A stretch of DNA of 64,000 bases from Phoronis australis (GCA_002633005.1 NMRA01000005.1:1727048-1791047), one strand, 5' to 3'; positions 1 through 12,836 are shown, counted from the stretch's first letter. Translations and numbers: made by a program. Notes: generated by a model not told the origin, from the sequence alone.

Positions 1-341
1 GGGAGAGAGTTCCATAAAAAGGATCCGCTGTAGGAAAATGATTTTTTCCAAGTTTCGCTTCTGCGTTTAGGAAGATTGAAATCAGATGATGATGAGGACC
101 TAGTATTGTAGCAATTAGTCGTCATTTTAAACTTAGCACATAAGTAAGATGGGACAAGACCTTTAAAACATTTGTACATACAACAAGCAGATAGGAATTG
201 ATGTCTTGCGTGAATTTTCATTATACCAGTCTCTTTATGAATTCGAGCCCCCTGGGTACGCGCATGGATACAATACATGGTTCGGTTTCTGGGCTAAATA
301 ATTGTATTTAATATATTGTCATTTATTTGTATAGCAATAAA
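1..341 (+). other. Possible 3' end (last coding bases and 3' UTR) of a gene entering from the left
   Basis: Frame 1 reads GREFHKKDPL*ENDFFQVSLLRLGRLKSDDDEDLVL* (TAG at 31-33 and 109-111); frame 2 is also open to position 70. AATAAA at 336-341 follows a U-rich stretch. No family recognised. Confidence 0.2.
240..266. mobile_element. Solo right end of the CATGGGCGCA-TIR MITE family
   Basis: AATTCGAGCCCCCTGGGTACGCGCATG resembles the right ends of the copies at 5631-5895 and 7457-7683. Confidence 0.55.
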
Positions 342-1408
342 AATGATAACAATGCTCGGTCGATTGTCGTATACTGGCAAAACGAGTACGTAAGCCTAAA
401 TAATACTCGCATTCGCTGCACTAGAATTGTGAATTTTTCTAGGCAAGTACACGCAGGTAGGGTAAGAACTAAGCACACTTGGTTCGGATGATGGTTCTAA
501 AAGGATTCACTCAACTAGAACGTTGTTGCGTGTAGTAGTTCGCTGGTACCCGCGGCAGAACAATCTAGTACCGGAGATTTCTATTGAGAAGCCCATCACC
601 AGAAAGTGCCCATAGCCGCTTCATCGGAAATGAAGGATGAAAAGGCGCCCGTGTTTAGTTGCGGGAACAACAAGCGACTGACGATATTTAGAACGCATTC
701 CATCAGAAATGCTGTCTTTGAAAGAACTTTTTCTGCATACACTAGAGTTCCCGGTAAACCATTTGCATACCATCGTGCGTTTTATTGTTTTATACAGAAC
801 TGCGGTGTAATGGATAAGCACCGGATCAATGAATACTTGGCCTATACAATACAAGCACTGTCACCCTAAGGGCTATTATAGATAAACTGTGATGGCTCGG
901 TGCATTATGGTCAATGGACCGGTTTCAAACCGGCATACTATTTTCCGGATGAAAGAACTGCACCGGGAGTGCGCACCTCTCCATTTCAGTTTCCCCTAAT
1001 TTTGTCCTGAATAATGCCCAGTCAGAATATTCAGAACCTAATACAACTGCTGTCCAGAGCAGCAGTGACAAAAACAACAATTTTAGCGATATTGGAGTCT
1101 CAAATAGGATACGAAAATGAAGATACCAACTATGGATTTGTGAAACGCAGTTAGCTGTTCAGACCAATCACTCAGTGATCGTGTGACGTACTGAGGTAAT
1201 ACATGTCAGAATGTTTAGTTGTACCCACCTTATCTCAATTTACCCTGCCATCACCACTGATGCAAGCCTGTTGCTGACATCATGTTTGTTATCAAACTGC
1301 CCCTACAGGTGGCGCAGCGATTAGTGGAAATAGTTGAAACGCGTGATTGGTGTCTCTAACACTATCCTCGCTGGTTCCCTACGTGCCGCTAGGTGGGGCG
1401 GTAACAGC

Positions 1409-1895
1409 GCCAGCACGCAGGTATCACTTAAATTTTCCTCACCGGCGTTTTTGATTGGCTAGTCGAATTCTTAACAGGCAGCGCTTTACGCAAACTGGCA
1501 TGACTGATGGACTGAAGCGTAATGTGGTCTGTTGTACAGACAAATCGGTTCTTAAAATTTATGTTCAGGAAATGTAAAGCCTAGAAATTGCGATTGCGAC
1601 TTTTCCGAATGCATCTTTCTACTGTCGATGACTTTGTTTACAATAGTGTCCTGTATTCATACAGTATGAATAACACACTGGTTAAATTGGCCAGATATGT
1701 GTTTATTGTACACGCGGCTATTAAACATCACTGCAGAAACGAAATAGTTTCTGCGACGCCCTTGCACGACAAGGCTAAAAATCGTTCACAGTCAGCATAT
1801 TTTTCACGGTGATGTAAAGCTAAGCAATGACTGTCGAGGTTACATGACCACTGCTAAAGCGCGTGCCACTGCGTGATACCTGCGTGCTGGCTGGG
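1409..1895. mobile_element. Non-autonomous TIR element, CMC/EnSpm-like
   Basis: Perfect 19-bp inverted repeat GCCAGCACGCAGGTATCAC (1409-1427 vs 1873-1891). The right end reads CCCAGCCAGCAC on the minus strand, like animal EnSpm termini. Left tip degenerate, no clear TSD. Confidence 0.6.
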
Positions 1896-2997
1896 CTAAG
1901 CAAATTCTACCAAATTCCAGAACTTAAAACGACGGCCAATTTCAACCAATAACTGTACGTAGGGTTCCGGTTCGAATTTGAGTAAGAAATGACCTACTAG
2001 GACGAGTTAAAAGGGGACTGTAGTCAAAATAATGTTGCAGTTAATCGGTTCTAACATACAAATAAAACTCACATTTGCCTGACTTGCGTGCCAAACAAAA
2101 GCCAATTCGTATTCATGGTCAAAACACTGAATTCTGAAAGCCATCGCTGATTGGCTGNTTGTTTGGTTCATTACAACATCAAACACGACTTTTAACGATG
2201 CTCTCTGACGTGACGAGTCAATCTACATGATGCCAAATGCGGAAAATTGCTCGCCAGAGACTTGCATGAAACGCTACCACATCGATCCCTTCAGTCATTC
2301 CGGGATCCGCACTCACTGAAGTGGCAGCTTATTTTGAGTCACGCTGGAAATAGACTAACATTCCCAAAAACCGAACGAACTTAATGAAAACGGCACTTGT
2401 AGACCGGCATTTAGGTTATTCACCACTGATGTTAAAAATGCATTTCCAAAATAGCAGGTCAGTAGCTGAACACCCGCCACTAGGGATGTGCCAAAGAAAT
2501 CCGAAACCGCGCTCTGTCCTGGGCGTTTTATTGGATATTTGCGGTAGATTATAATCTACTGCGGGTACCAGAGTTGCGCAGTAGTTCTCCTTACATGTAC
2601 AGTTAACTTCCGGGTCATGACACAGATTTCTCAGGATTCCACTGTGGTCTATAAACGAAGTCGGTAAAACATGAGAGGATTTTGTATTTCCCGAGATACT
2701 GTTAAGCGTGCATAGTGTTATCAATTGTGTGACCGAGTTTTCACAAGTACGACACTGGGCTTTTGTGCAGTTGAAGTCTTTCTTATTTAGGCGGTAACTG
2801 GTGAGGAAATGTGGACGATAACGTCACGTTGGCGCATCTGTTATTGATTTGGTCTTGTGGAATTTCTCTTGCCTTAGTTGTGACTGTGGCATGTGTTGCG
2901 AGACCAGAAACCAATGAGTGTAGCCTGTACCGTTAGACGCAGACGGCGCCTGGAGAACTGATTTCCCCATCGCGCTGAAGACAAAGAATTCGTCAGT

Positions 2998-4677
2998 ATG
3001 ACAAATCTTCAAGACTTGCCGGAATTACCTAAAAGTCTGAGTGCTTTATTAACGTTAGGAAATGCTCAATGGAAGGAGACGGAAAGACTTCACCAGATGC
3101 GTCGGGAAATCCAAGAGGATTTGTCCAGAAGTCAGCTTATGAACGAAATAGACAATGGACGAAAATGGAATCAGAACTTGAGAATGCCGACTCCCAATAG
3201 ACTTGATGCTCAAATTACAAGGCTACGGCGGGATATGGTAAGGAAGTTAAGGAGCGACAATGGCAAGAGTATAGTCACGCCCATTCTTTGTGAGAAATTG
3301 CTGTACAAAATTGATTCAGTAATGATTATGTGACTACTTCTTAACACAAGAGACAGCTGATTAATCTTCATTTGTCACTTGAACATGTTGAGGGCAAGAG
3401 TTAACCAAGAACTCTTTCAACACAAGTCAGAATTCAAAATTTTGATAGACTGCTAGAAGTTTAATAGTGTGACTCGGCTGCTAGCTGTAAGATCCATGGG
3501 GTTTGTACCTCTTGTTCAAATACTTTTATGTGCATTAATAGACTATCATTTATAAAATAGCCCCTACATTATTCAAAACACCTTGGAGGTGATCTGAGAT
3601 GTTCTGAATGCGCTCCCACATCTGCCGTATGATCTAGCTATGATCTTTGACAGTTTTCATTTGTTAGGTTCCATCCTGAATTGAAATTTCTCCCATTTTT
3701 TGGTAAACGTAACATAATTTCGTTATGACAGATCATCCCAGGTATACAATTCACCTACTTCAGCAGTTTCTAAATCGAGGCTAAATCCAGATATTAATCT
3801 AGACCATTGTTAGGCCTTCCTATTTCAATTTGTTAGAAATTATCCCAACTTCAACTTTTTCCGAGAAATTCAATTTAAGTAGTCAAACCAAAGTTCAAAA
3901 TACCACCAGGTTTTAGGCTACATATATCAATTGATTTTAGCCTATGTTTTATTGCCTTGAACCCATTGCTAATGCAATAATTGCTCTACTCCACACAATA
4001 ATACCTTTGATCAAATTCCCTGATAAACAGGCCTCTTAACAACAGGGAGACATGTACAAAACCATTGCTGAAGTAAAATGTGCCCTGAAAGGGGATGGTC
4101 CAGATTCCTTTACCAAACTGCTATTCTATGTTCAAAGACATGATTTCATACCAGTACACATTAAGCTGAGTTATGGCTTAAGACAGTTGCCCAATGAATC
4201 AAGATTTCTTCACACTTTTGCTGTTTTGATAAAGTAGCCCACTTAAATCGGTAATTATAGCATCCACTTTATAATCCCTGAAGCCCCTAAACTTATTTCC
4301 TGGCCATTTTGCCTCAGGTGTTTTCTGCTGCCAAGTGTCAACACAGTGATATTTGCTTGTAGGTTTCCCTAAGACAGCTGGATGCTTCTTTGTTGTGCCA
4401 ATTAATGTCGCTCAACGAAGCCATCTTGGACTTTAAGAACTCAATGCAAAGAGACCGTATTCCTTCTGAAACCATCTCAGAAATGTCAGAAGGTTCATTT
4501 CCAAGCTTTGATCATGGTCTAGATGGCATTTTAGACTTTGGAGAAGACGGAGACTTACTGGAGAGTGTGTTTAGTGCTACTGACTCGCTGACTGAATTCA
4601 GTAGTAGGAAACAACATGTGCTAAATTCTCCCAAGCGTGTGCGCTGGAAAACCAGTTTCAAGAAATCGGAATGCTAA
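2998..4677 (+). CDS. FAM89A: FAM89 family / LURAP-domain leucine-repeat adaptor protein, 184 aa
   Basis: Exons 2998-3237 and 4363-4677 (ATG|GTAAGG ... TTGTAG|GTT, phase 0). The spliced protein has LPELPKSLSALL, WKETERLHQMRREIQEDLSR and RLDAQITRLRRDM|VSLRQLDASLLCQLMSLNEAILDFK, matching the conserved FAM89A/B blocks. Likely co-ortholog of FAM89A and FAM89B. Confidence 0.92.
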
Positions 4678-5630
4678 TCTAGATTGCAGACATGTGATCT
4701 GCGCGTGTCAACAGTGACCCCTATGTCTAAAGTATTTTAGGCAGGCAGATGTCCGTGACAATGAAGACATGTGGAATGTACTGTAGTTTATATATTTTGT
4801 GAAGGTTCCTATTTCTATGCGGTGCTTTTGATTGGTTTTTATTGTGTTGACTGAATATCAGGGATGATGCCAAATAACCACATCACAACACTTGCCTTCG
4901 GGATATTTATTCTGAATTTTGATGTTGAGCTGGGTTTTGTTACAACTTGATTGGTTTGTCAAGTTCCAAACTGGGTTCAAAATTCTTGATTCCCAGGAGC
5001 ACATGTTAGTTGTAGTCCATGTTACATAGTTAGGTTTTTAACATTTCTATTTATTGATTTCACGAAGATAAGCAATATCAATTAGAAGACCTTAATTTTG
5101 CTGTTATTGTTATAACGATTTGTCAGTATTTTATGTTCAGGTATTTCATAATTGTTGTTGTAGAAATTTTATATTTGTTACTTCTTTTTCTGCTATGAAT
5201 TTTTGCCTCTGACTGTTTAACAATTAATCTTGTAATTTATTTCTTCAAAGCTACTAGAATCCCCTAAAGAAGCCTTCAAATGGGTTAAAATGGGGGACAG
5301 GATAATGTAAAATTCCTGATAATACTGAGGAGCATGCGTTGTATGGCTGAATATTCATGAACCCCAAACAATTGTGTGATATGGTCTGGTGAAATAGTTA
5401 CCATTTGAATTTCACCTAACATGACATTGCTAAATTTAGTTCACAAAATTAACTCTTTCTTTAAAGATGTTTCACACACTTATCCAAAAAGTAATTTTTT
5501 TTTAAAAACAAAGCTTTTAGGATGTTGCAAGGAGGTAATCCAACCACTATTCTCAGCCCTAAAAACGGTATGTTTAGTGCATTTTTTCTTTGGTTTTGCC
5601 CTTGCCTTTTTCAAAACTCCCTATAAAACC

Positions 5631-5895
5631 CATGGGCCCACTCAGGGGGGCTCGCTCGGGGGGCTAGAATGAGCCCCCTAATTTGGCGAATTGGGCAAAA
5701 AGGTCTGCCTCAGCGAAACAAAAAGTCCGAGTAAGTCCACAAGTACACAGGAATTCTGCTCGGATGCACAATTCGTGGGCCTGAACCTAGTGGCCCGTTT
5801 TTTTTTGTTTTTTTAGTCCTTGATTTTTGTCAGTAAATGGTCCGCATACTGAAAAATTCGAGCCCCCCCTATATTTTAGGCTGGGTGCGCGCATG
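5631..5895. mobile_element. MITE, CATGGGCGCA-TIR family (hAT-like), copy 1
   Basis: Imperfect TIRs CATGGGCCCACTCAG / CTGGGTGCGCGCATG; interior collinear with 7457-7683 (AATTTGGCGAATTGGGCAAAAAGGTC, GGGCCTGAACCTAGTGG). TSD decayed. Confidence 0.8.
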
Positions 5896-7456
5896 AGAAA
5901 CTTATAGCTGTCCATATCAAAGATACCACAATGAAATACTGTTTTAATAGTAGGCAACCTAACAGCTAAGTGTCTCAGAAAAAAACAATAAACAACAGGG
6001 AAAGAAAAAACTAAATCCGCATGTGGTCGAACTATCCTACACTGAATTAGATGTGCCTAAAAATGTTATATTAAGTCCAACTCCTGTTCAATGACCCAAT
6101 TCAGTGGAGGTGAAATCTTGTGAGACCAGGTGCTGTGGATGTCACACATAGGCGAGAAAGCATTCCTGTCCAACATTTTCCAGCCATCAGGCGAAAACAG
6201 TAAACGTGAGGTCAAGAATGTAGTAGTACAGTTATTTTGTGTTATCAGCTGACTTGTGGGTCAGGTTAGCCACAATTTGACCCAAAACTGGCCCAGTCCA
6301 TCACTGCAGTTGTTTTTAGAGTTGGTTGTTGTCACCGTTGGTCAAGTAAAGTGGTAAAAGAACTGGATTTTTATGTAAATAAAACACTTATTGGCTCCGA
6401 AGATAAGATGTGTTTATTTTATCGTTTGTGTTTGTGTAAAGAGGTGATGTCCTCAGACAGTTTGTTTTCGTGACGAAGTCGAGTGTTTTGCGAAACGTAA
6501 AAATGCATATGCAGCTAGGAATTCTCGGACAGCCGCGGCAGTTTTTGCCCTCACATGACCTTCGGGTTCTTTTCCTTATTTTCAAACGTGACCTCTGCAT
6601 CGTTTCCATGCATGGAAGTTTAATGCGTTCGTTGTTAGTTGCTTCTCTTGAAGAAGTGTCCCTCGGTGGCATTTTGCTTAACCACTAGTATGCGATCGAT
6701 AATAAAAATGCGCTGGTCTTTTTCCTTTGGCGATTAGTCGGTGGTGAATTTTTAGCGGTTAGGCTAGCAGGATTTGCTATTTCTTGAATGTGCTTTTATA
6801 GGATGACCTGATGTAACGCTGTGAGGTTACCTCGGTTTGCACATTCTTCAGGCTAAAAAATCGATTTCGGACACAAATCAAACAATCTTTGTTAAAATTT
6901 TTAGTATTTGTTGCAGGGTTTTGAAAAAAAAGCAATTATTTTGTCCTAAATGGGAAAACATCCTTCGTAATCGGTCGCCGTATCTCGTGGGTCGTCTACA
7001 AGCAGTACGTTACTAAAGTTAAAAAAGGCTCACGTGAAACTTTCGTAACAGAAATATCACACATCACGTTGAATTGGCAACCGAAGTCAGTGACCACCTA
7101 ATGAATCATAATTCACTTTTTCGTGTGTATCCCGCAGATCATTTTTGTGTTGATATAAAGCATTGGTTTTAAGCTCCGTTGCTCGTCAGTTGTTGGTAAA
7201 TATGTAAATCAATAATAAATTGATCGTCCACAGGCCTAATTAGCGACATTCTCAAAAGCGAGTGATACATGTCCATTTTGGCAGACTCCATCCACCACAC
7301 GAAGAGTGCTTTCAAAACTTTATTTTTACTATTTTCTAGCTGATTTTCACGGACATTTTAGAAAATTTAAAGATCCCATTCTCCGCAGCGTTTGTCTTGT
7401 GCGCATTACAAAATCTCGGTAATGGGTAACGTGCAGCACTTAATTAGTGCACAGAC

Positions 7457-7683
7457 CATGGGCGCATCCAGGGGGGGCTCGAACGAGGCCCCCAATTTGG
7501 CGAATTGGGCAAAAAGGTCCGCCACAGTAAAGGAGTCAAAAGCCACGGAAAGTCGGCGCGCACAATTCATGGGCCTGAACCTAGTGGTCCCGTTTTTTTT
7601 TTAGTCCTCGTCAATTACTTTCGCTAAAAGGTCCCCATACCGAAAATTCGAGCCCCCTATACTTTAAGCTGGATGCGCGCATG
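7457..7683. mobile_element. MITE, CATGGGCGCA-TIR family (hAT5-like), copy 2
   Basis: TIRs CATGGGCGCATCCAG / CTGGATGCGCGCATG; 5-bp TSD CAGAC at 7452-7456 and 7684-7688. Confidence 0.88.
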
Positions 7684-8973
7684 CAGACATTTTAGCGATC
7701 ATCTTGTAAGAACACATTGCGTGATGAAGTACGATTTTCCTCTTGATTTAGTGTGGTAGGTCATCAGCGATAACGTCGCAGCCTTATCATTTTTGGGGAG
7801 TAACCCAATTTTTATTTCTGCAAACAAGGGAATAGCCCACTTCAGTGTTTAGATAAGAAGAAAATATGCGATTAATGAGCAATCGGCGTCACCTGACACT
7901 TAGTAATTCTATTTTGATGCGTCTCCCACGTAACGACAGTCAAACCAATGCTATGAAAGTGAAATATGACGAGCAGTTGGGTTCTAGCCCTTTAAACTGT
8001 TGCATTTTGCTTTGCTTTGCTGGCTATAAAACGAAAATAGAATCGAGCCTTTTATTTTCGTAAAATCTTAACCTTACCGTGATAGGATTCCCTTTGGTTA
8101 TCAACGCAAGTCACAGGCAATATGAGTATATGCGACATTTTTGAAATCGCAATTTTAGGGTTGGCTAACCCCCAATAAGGTCTGAAGCGTTTTCTTGAGT
8201 CCCATGTTGGTGATAGAAACAGAATCCTAACACGGCAAGTAGCAAACTTATTATAAGACCGATTTTATCATAGTAAAATGCCCAATTCCATTTTCGTTTT
8301 CGTCAGCGTAACAGCGAGGGCAAAATGCGGTTTGATCAAGGTATTTTCACTATGCCAGCGTTTTTGCCAAGTGTTAAACAACCCGTATTCTAATTAAGAA
8401 TCAGTTTTTTTTTTGAAAAATCGATACCTCTAAATAATTACTACAAAATTCCAAACTACTATAATTTGCGAGAGAACAACCGACTTTTTTCCCTGTCAAT
8501 AACTTGTCCCATGTTCAACAATGTTTTATCTGATAAAATTAATTGCAAATAACACCAAGTCTCACACATCATACCATATACATTTAATTTCTATAATCAT
8601 GCACAGTATATTGCCATGGCAACATAATTATGTTAACTCTTGATAATTCTTTGTCAGTTAATAAATAATTGACGTTACAGGACCATCAAGTCAGAGGACC
8701 TTTCAAGAATGTAATTTTTTAAAGAGGCATGGAACGCGAAAGCTCGTCAAAAATATATTTCAAACAATTCCTGACAAAAGTATCACCTCGCAACATCTAG
8801 TACAGAGCAACTCACTTTACCCTGTGACGAAATTTCCAGAAAAAGTCACAAAATTCAGAATGTTAAAATACGCGCTAAGGAAAAACTCTGTGGTTATCAC
8901 AAAGTTTCTAATCTCCCTCCTACTTATGATAAATGCGCACATGCGCTCTTAGTCAGTTGCTTGAAGTCGCTTG

Positions 8974-9041
8974 AGGTCAAAGGTCACATTTTCCATATAA
9001 GGGAAATGTGCTACGTCTATGTCTTGCCATACCAAATAAGG
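8974..9041. promoter_or_regulatory. Regulatory cluster: DR1 nuclear-receptor element plus two CArG (SRF) boxes
   Basis: AGGTCAAAGGTCA at 8974-8986; CCATATAAGG at 8993-9002; CCAAATAAGG at 9032-9041. All are perfect consensus matches. Confidence 0.55.
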
Positions 9042-9405
9042 AGACGTGCTTTGCCTTCTGGGAGAAAAACAGACGAAGTGGCAAGCAGTTGACAGGTCGT
9101 TTTTTTGAAATTTGAAGCAAGAAGAAAATGCTTTGATATCAACAGAAATTAGAAATCTTTACGAACAAACCCTAAAAATACCTGGTGAGCAGGTTGAATT
9201 CTGTTTCTGTGGCAGAGAACCACTTTCAATATTGCAATTCATTCAGTTTATCGCGTTCCAGGCCCCTTTAAAACCATTTTTTAGTAAAGTAAACATATAA
9301 TCTTCCTTTTGTTTTAGACAGAATGCTTTTAAGTATAAGTTAAAACTAGTCTCATCATAGGCTGTGGTCTCATCAGTCGAAAGGTGTTATTAATTAGGAA
9401 ATGTA

Positions 9406-9570
9406 CAGGGGCTGATCTAGGATTTTGAGTGAGGGGGCACGGCAGAATATTAGCCAGGATTTTACCTTTCAGACATTCGCATCAGTCCCCGATTTGCCAA
9501 ATGGAATATGGGACAATTTTAGGGGGGGGAATAGCCGCCTTGCCCCCCCTGTCCCCTAAATCCGCCACTG
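9406..9570. mobile_element. MITE, CAGGGGCGGATCTAG-TIR family (hAT5-like), copy 1
   Basis: TIRs CAGGGGCTGATCTAG / CTAAATCCGCCACTG; 5-bp TSD ATGTA at 9401-9405 and 9571-9575; collinear with 57676-57833. Confidence 0.88.
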
Positions 9571-12500
9571 ATGTAAATCACATTCATGCATATATCAGTT
9601 GCATTTCTCAATGGTTCTGGCGTAAAAAACAACTTCGTTCACACTGACGGCCGTACTCCTTCTGCGGCTGAATCAAACCCGTCGTGATCAGCAAACATGA
9701 AGTAAAAAAGAAATTATTTCTAATCTGGTCGGAGAGGAAGATAAAACCGATTTTATTACGGTGATATAGATCGAAAATTGTTTTTTGACAGGTATGTTGC
9801 CCATTTAAACAATGTCTGTCAATTTTAAAGATTTGATATCGGTACTTGGAAAACAGCGAAATCTTTTTGGGGAAGTTCTGGCTCAACTGGTTTATATAAT
9901 CTTGGGAAATTTCCTCAAGTTCTTTGATGTTAAACCGAGCCCTGACTCCCCCTGAGCCTTTCCCGACGATGATGGAAAACTATTTCGAGCTCGTTTCAGA
10001 CGAGTAACAAGGCAGTTGTCACCATATCTGTCAGTCATGAGGCTCAGTATAGGAATAAGCAGTGGTCACTTTTATCAAAAAATATAGGCGCTGATTTATG
10101 AATCCACGTCATTTCGTCAAAAGCGTACTTACTACCGTATATCATATTTTGTAGAAGACGACATCTAAGACAGAAAAAGCCTAACAGAAAAGGTAGACAG
10201 TTCTCTATTTCCAACTGTATACTCCCTGCAGACCAAAATTTTATCGAGTACCCCAATAAAGAAGACACCAAATATTTTACATACATTGGTTCAATGGGTA
10301 AGAGGTGTCTTTCTCTAAAATTGTTCTTGAAAGCCCTGTGCAAAGCCAACTGATGTACTAAAGTGCCTGTGGGCCAGACTATAGGGTTACGTCTAAATAA
10401 GTTTCGTTCACCCTTTAGGGTGGCAACTGCTGTCGGGTACCACTGAGGAGATAACTCGCTACGCAGCGCATCGGAAAATGCCAGCTGCAACCTTACATTA
10501 TACTATTGTCTATGGTGCCACAAAATTGTTGGTGAAACTATTGCATCGATACCGAAAAATGCAAATGTTTGTACAAAAAAACCCCCGATAAGATAACAAC
10601 ATAATTCTCACAATCACCAGAATGAGAGATAAAGTTCATGTCTACAACTGCAAATAACTCGAATTGTAAGAATTTTGACAATGTGGTTTTAAATATCATC
10701 AGGACTTCCTGTGTGACGTGGAGAACGGTTTGGGTGGACTCAAACTGTAAACCAAGTCGAGTTAATCAACATTAATATTGTTCATGATGTTTGCAATGAA
10801 TGTATTGTGCGGAGATATTTTGCATATTTCATTCATGAACAACCGACAAACAATAACCTCATTGACGCCAAAACTCGGGTCCAGCAACTTTAAAGGTCAA
10901 GTTCCTGACACTCATTGAATGAGTGCTTCGCACTAAGGCACTTGCATGTACTTCTCTTATCGACAAGGTCGACGATCCGCTTGACTGCGTTTGCTACTCG
11001 TTGTTTTCAATGGAAAACTTGCCACGAGAAAATTTGTCACCGACCAGCTTTGTGCTTTGCTAATGTCTTTCACTAGTATACTTTCACGTCTACGTCTTTG
11101 GTCAACCCATGCATGGAAGTGTTTGAAAAAGCTTGTTGAGAACGACTGAAAGATGTTGCATAGGTGGCTGTCCTAGCGTATTAGTCGTATCTCATAAAAT
11201 ATTGATCAATTGTGATAATAAAATGTCAACATAAACATATTCGAATACGTTGTACCATGTCACCAATAGAACCACTAAGGGGCGGAAATCCTAAAGAACA
11301 ACTGATTAAAATGATTTAAAAAGACTTTATTAATGAGGAAATGACCAAATATCCTATTAAAGGTAATGTCAACCTTGTTTACCAGGTCGTACTTATGTGT
11401 AAATATCTTAAATTTTATTAGCTCTAACCCCTACAAAGTACATATTTTCTGAAAGGTGAACAAATTTCCTAACAAAATTTATTCTTCTCATTTCTACTGG
11501 TATTCCTAAGTTTTTTGGTATTTTTTTACTTTGAACAAAGATTTTGAAATATTGTTCCTTCAATCATATTGGTCTTTTGTAAACATGTTGATAAGGGCAT
11601 TTTCGAGGGAACCGTGTGTTAGTAAATAAGTTATCGAATTTTCAGAGCATTTTGAGCAAAAACAGCCATAATCTCGATTTTTGAAGGCTTCTTTCCAAAA
11701 AACTAGGACCTATTTCAGAAATCACACATGAAAAACCATGGATGATTGTATTACAATGATGATTTGCTTCCCGCTAACTTGATTTATTCTAGTATGAAGT
11801 TTGGGATTTCAGCTCCATAATTAATGCTTGGTGGGACTTTTAAAGATACACGTTACCAAGGTCATGTAGTATTTTGACTTCGAGCTAGCCTATAGGTTGA
11901 ATGTAATCAGTCAAAAGGTTCACGTGAACTTGTGTCCAGTGAGGCAGAAAAAACGTTCTGTTGAATTTTTGTTCATCTAGTTCACAACTTCCACCAAACA
12001 GCACCAGGTCACCTGTTTCTAAAATGCATATTCACCTGTTTAGGTGTTTCTGCACTTTGGAAATCATGTGCTGCTGGAGTTAGGCTTCAGGGCACCACTG
12101 GGATAGGAGCCCGTTACAACACAGATTAAAACAACCAAATACCATTCTCAAACTGATATGTATATTCCCAATACAAAATAGACATTTCAAAATCTTTACA
12201 CGAACAGTTAACTTTGCCAAAACATAGCTTACTCATAATACAGTTATACTTGAGTGGGTACAAACACCCTCAAGTAGGTAACAGTCATATACAGAGGTCA
12301 TACATTTTGAGAACCAGTTTTCTCCACTCAATAACAAGCATCAAACTGGTTCTCAACAATCCAGGTCGCCTGTGAGTGGCTATTGCTCCCAGCAGGGCAT
12401 TCAAAGATGAAACATTCCTGGTACTACAACCTGTAGTGACCCAGTAAATAAAAACAACCTAATTAAAACAGTGACTATGAACATTCCCAAAGATGGTATA

Positions 12501-12836
12501 AAAGACAAACTATGATAAATACATTAAAATACATAATACAATATAAAGAACACAGATTAAATACATTCATGGTAATGGCTTTGGGGCTCTTAAAGAGGAT
12601 CTACCACATCAATCAAAAGCTATTTCACATTGTATTGGTTCTACATTGGAGTCAACAAGATATCGTGTTTAAAAATTCATATATTCATCTGGCGTCTGTG
12701 TCATGAAAAGTGAAAAGTGACTTTGAACTTCGTCTTATGTTCCGCAAAACTATTTTGAAAGTAATTCATATCACTTCATCAAAATACAAAGACTCTGAGC
12801 ATACATTTGTGATTATTAGTTAGTCATCTATTTTAA

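Noticed and set aside
1-111. Possible stop-codon read-through (TAG at 31-33 followed by 25 in-frame codons)
   Set aside because: Upstream context is outside the window, the true frame is unknown and there is no read-through-favouring context.
11357-11843. Possible Kolobok element between TTAA-AGGT and ACTT-TTAA
   Set aside because: The two ends do not form a convincing inverted repeat.
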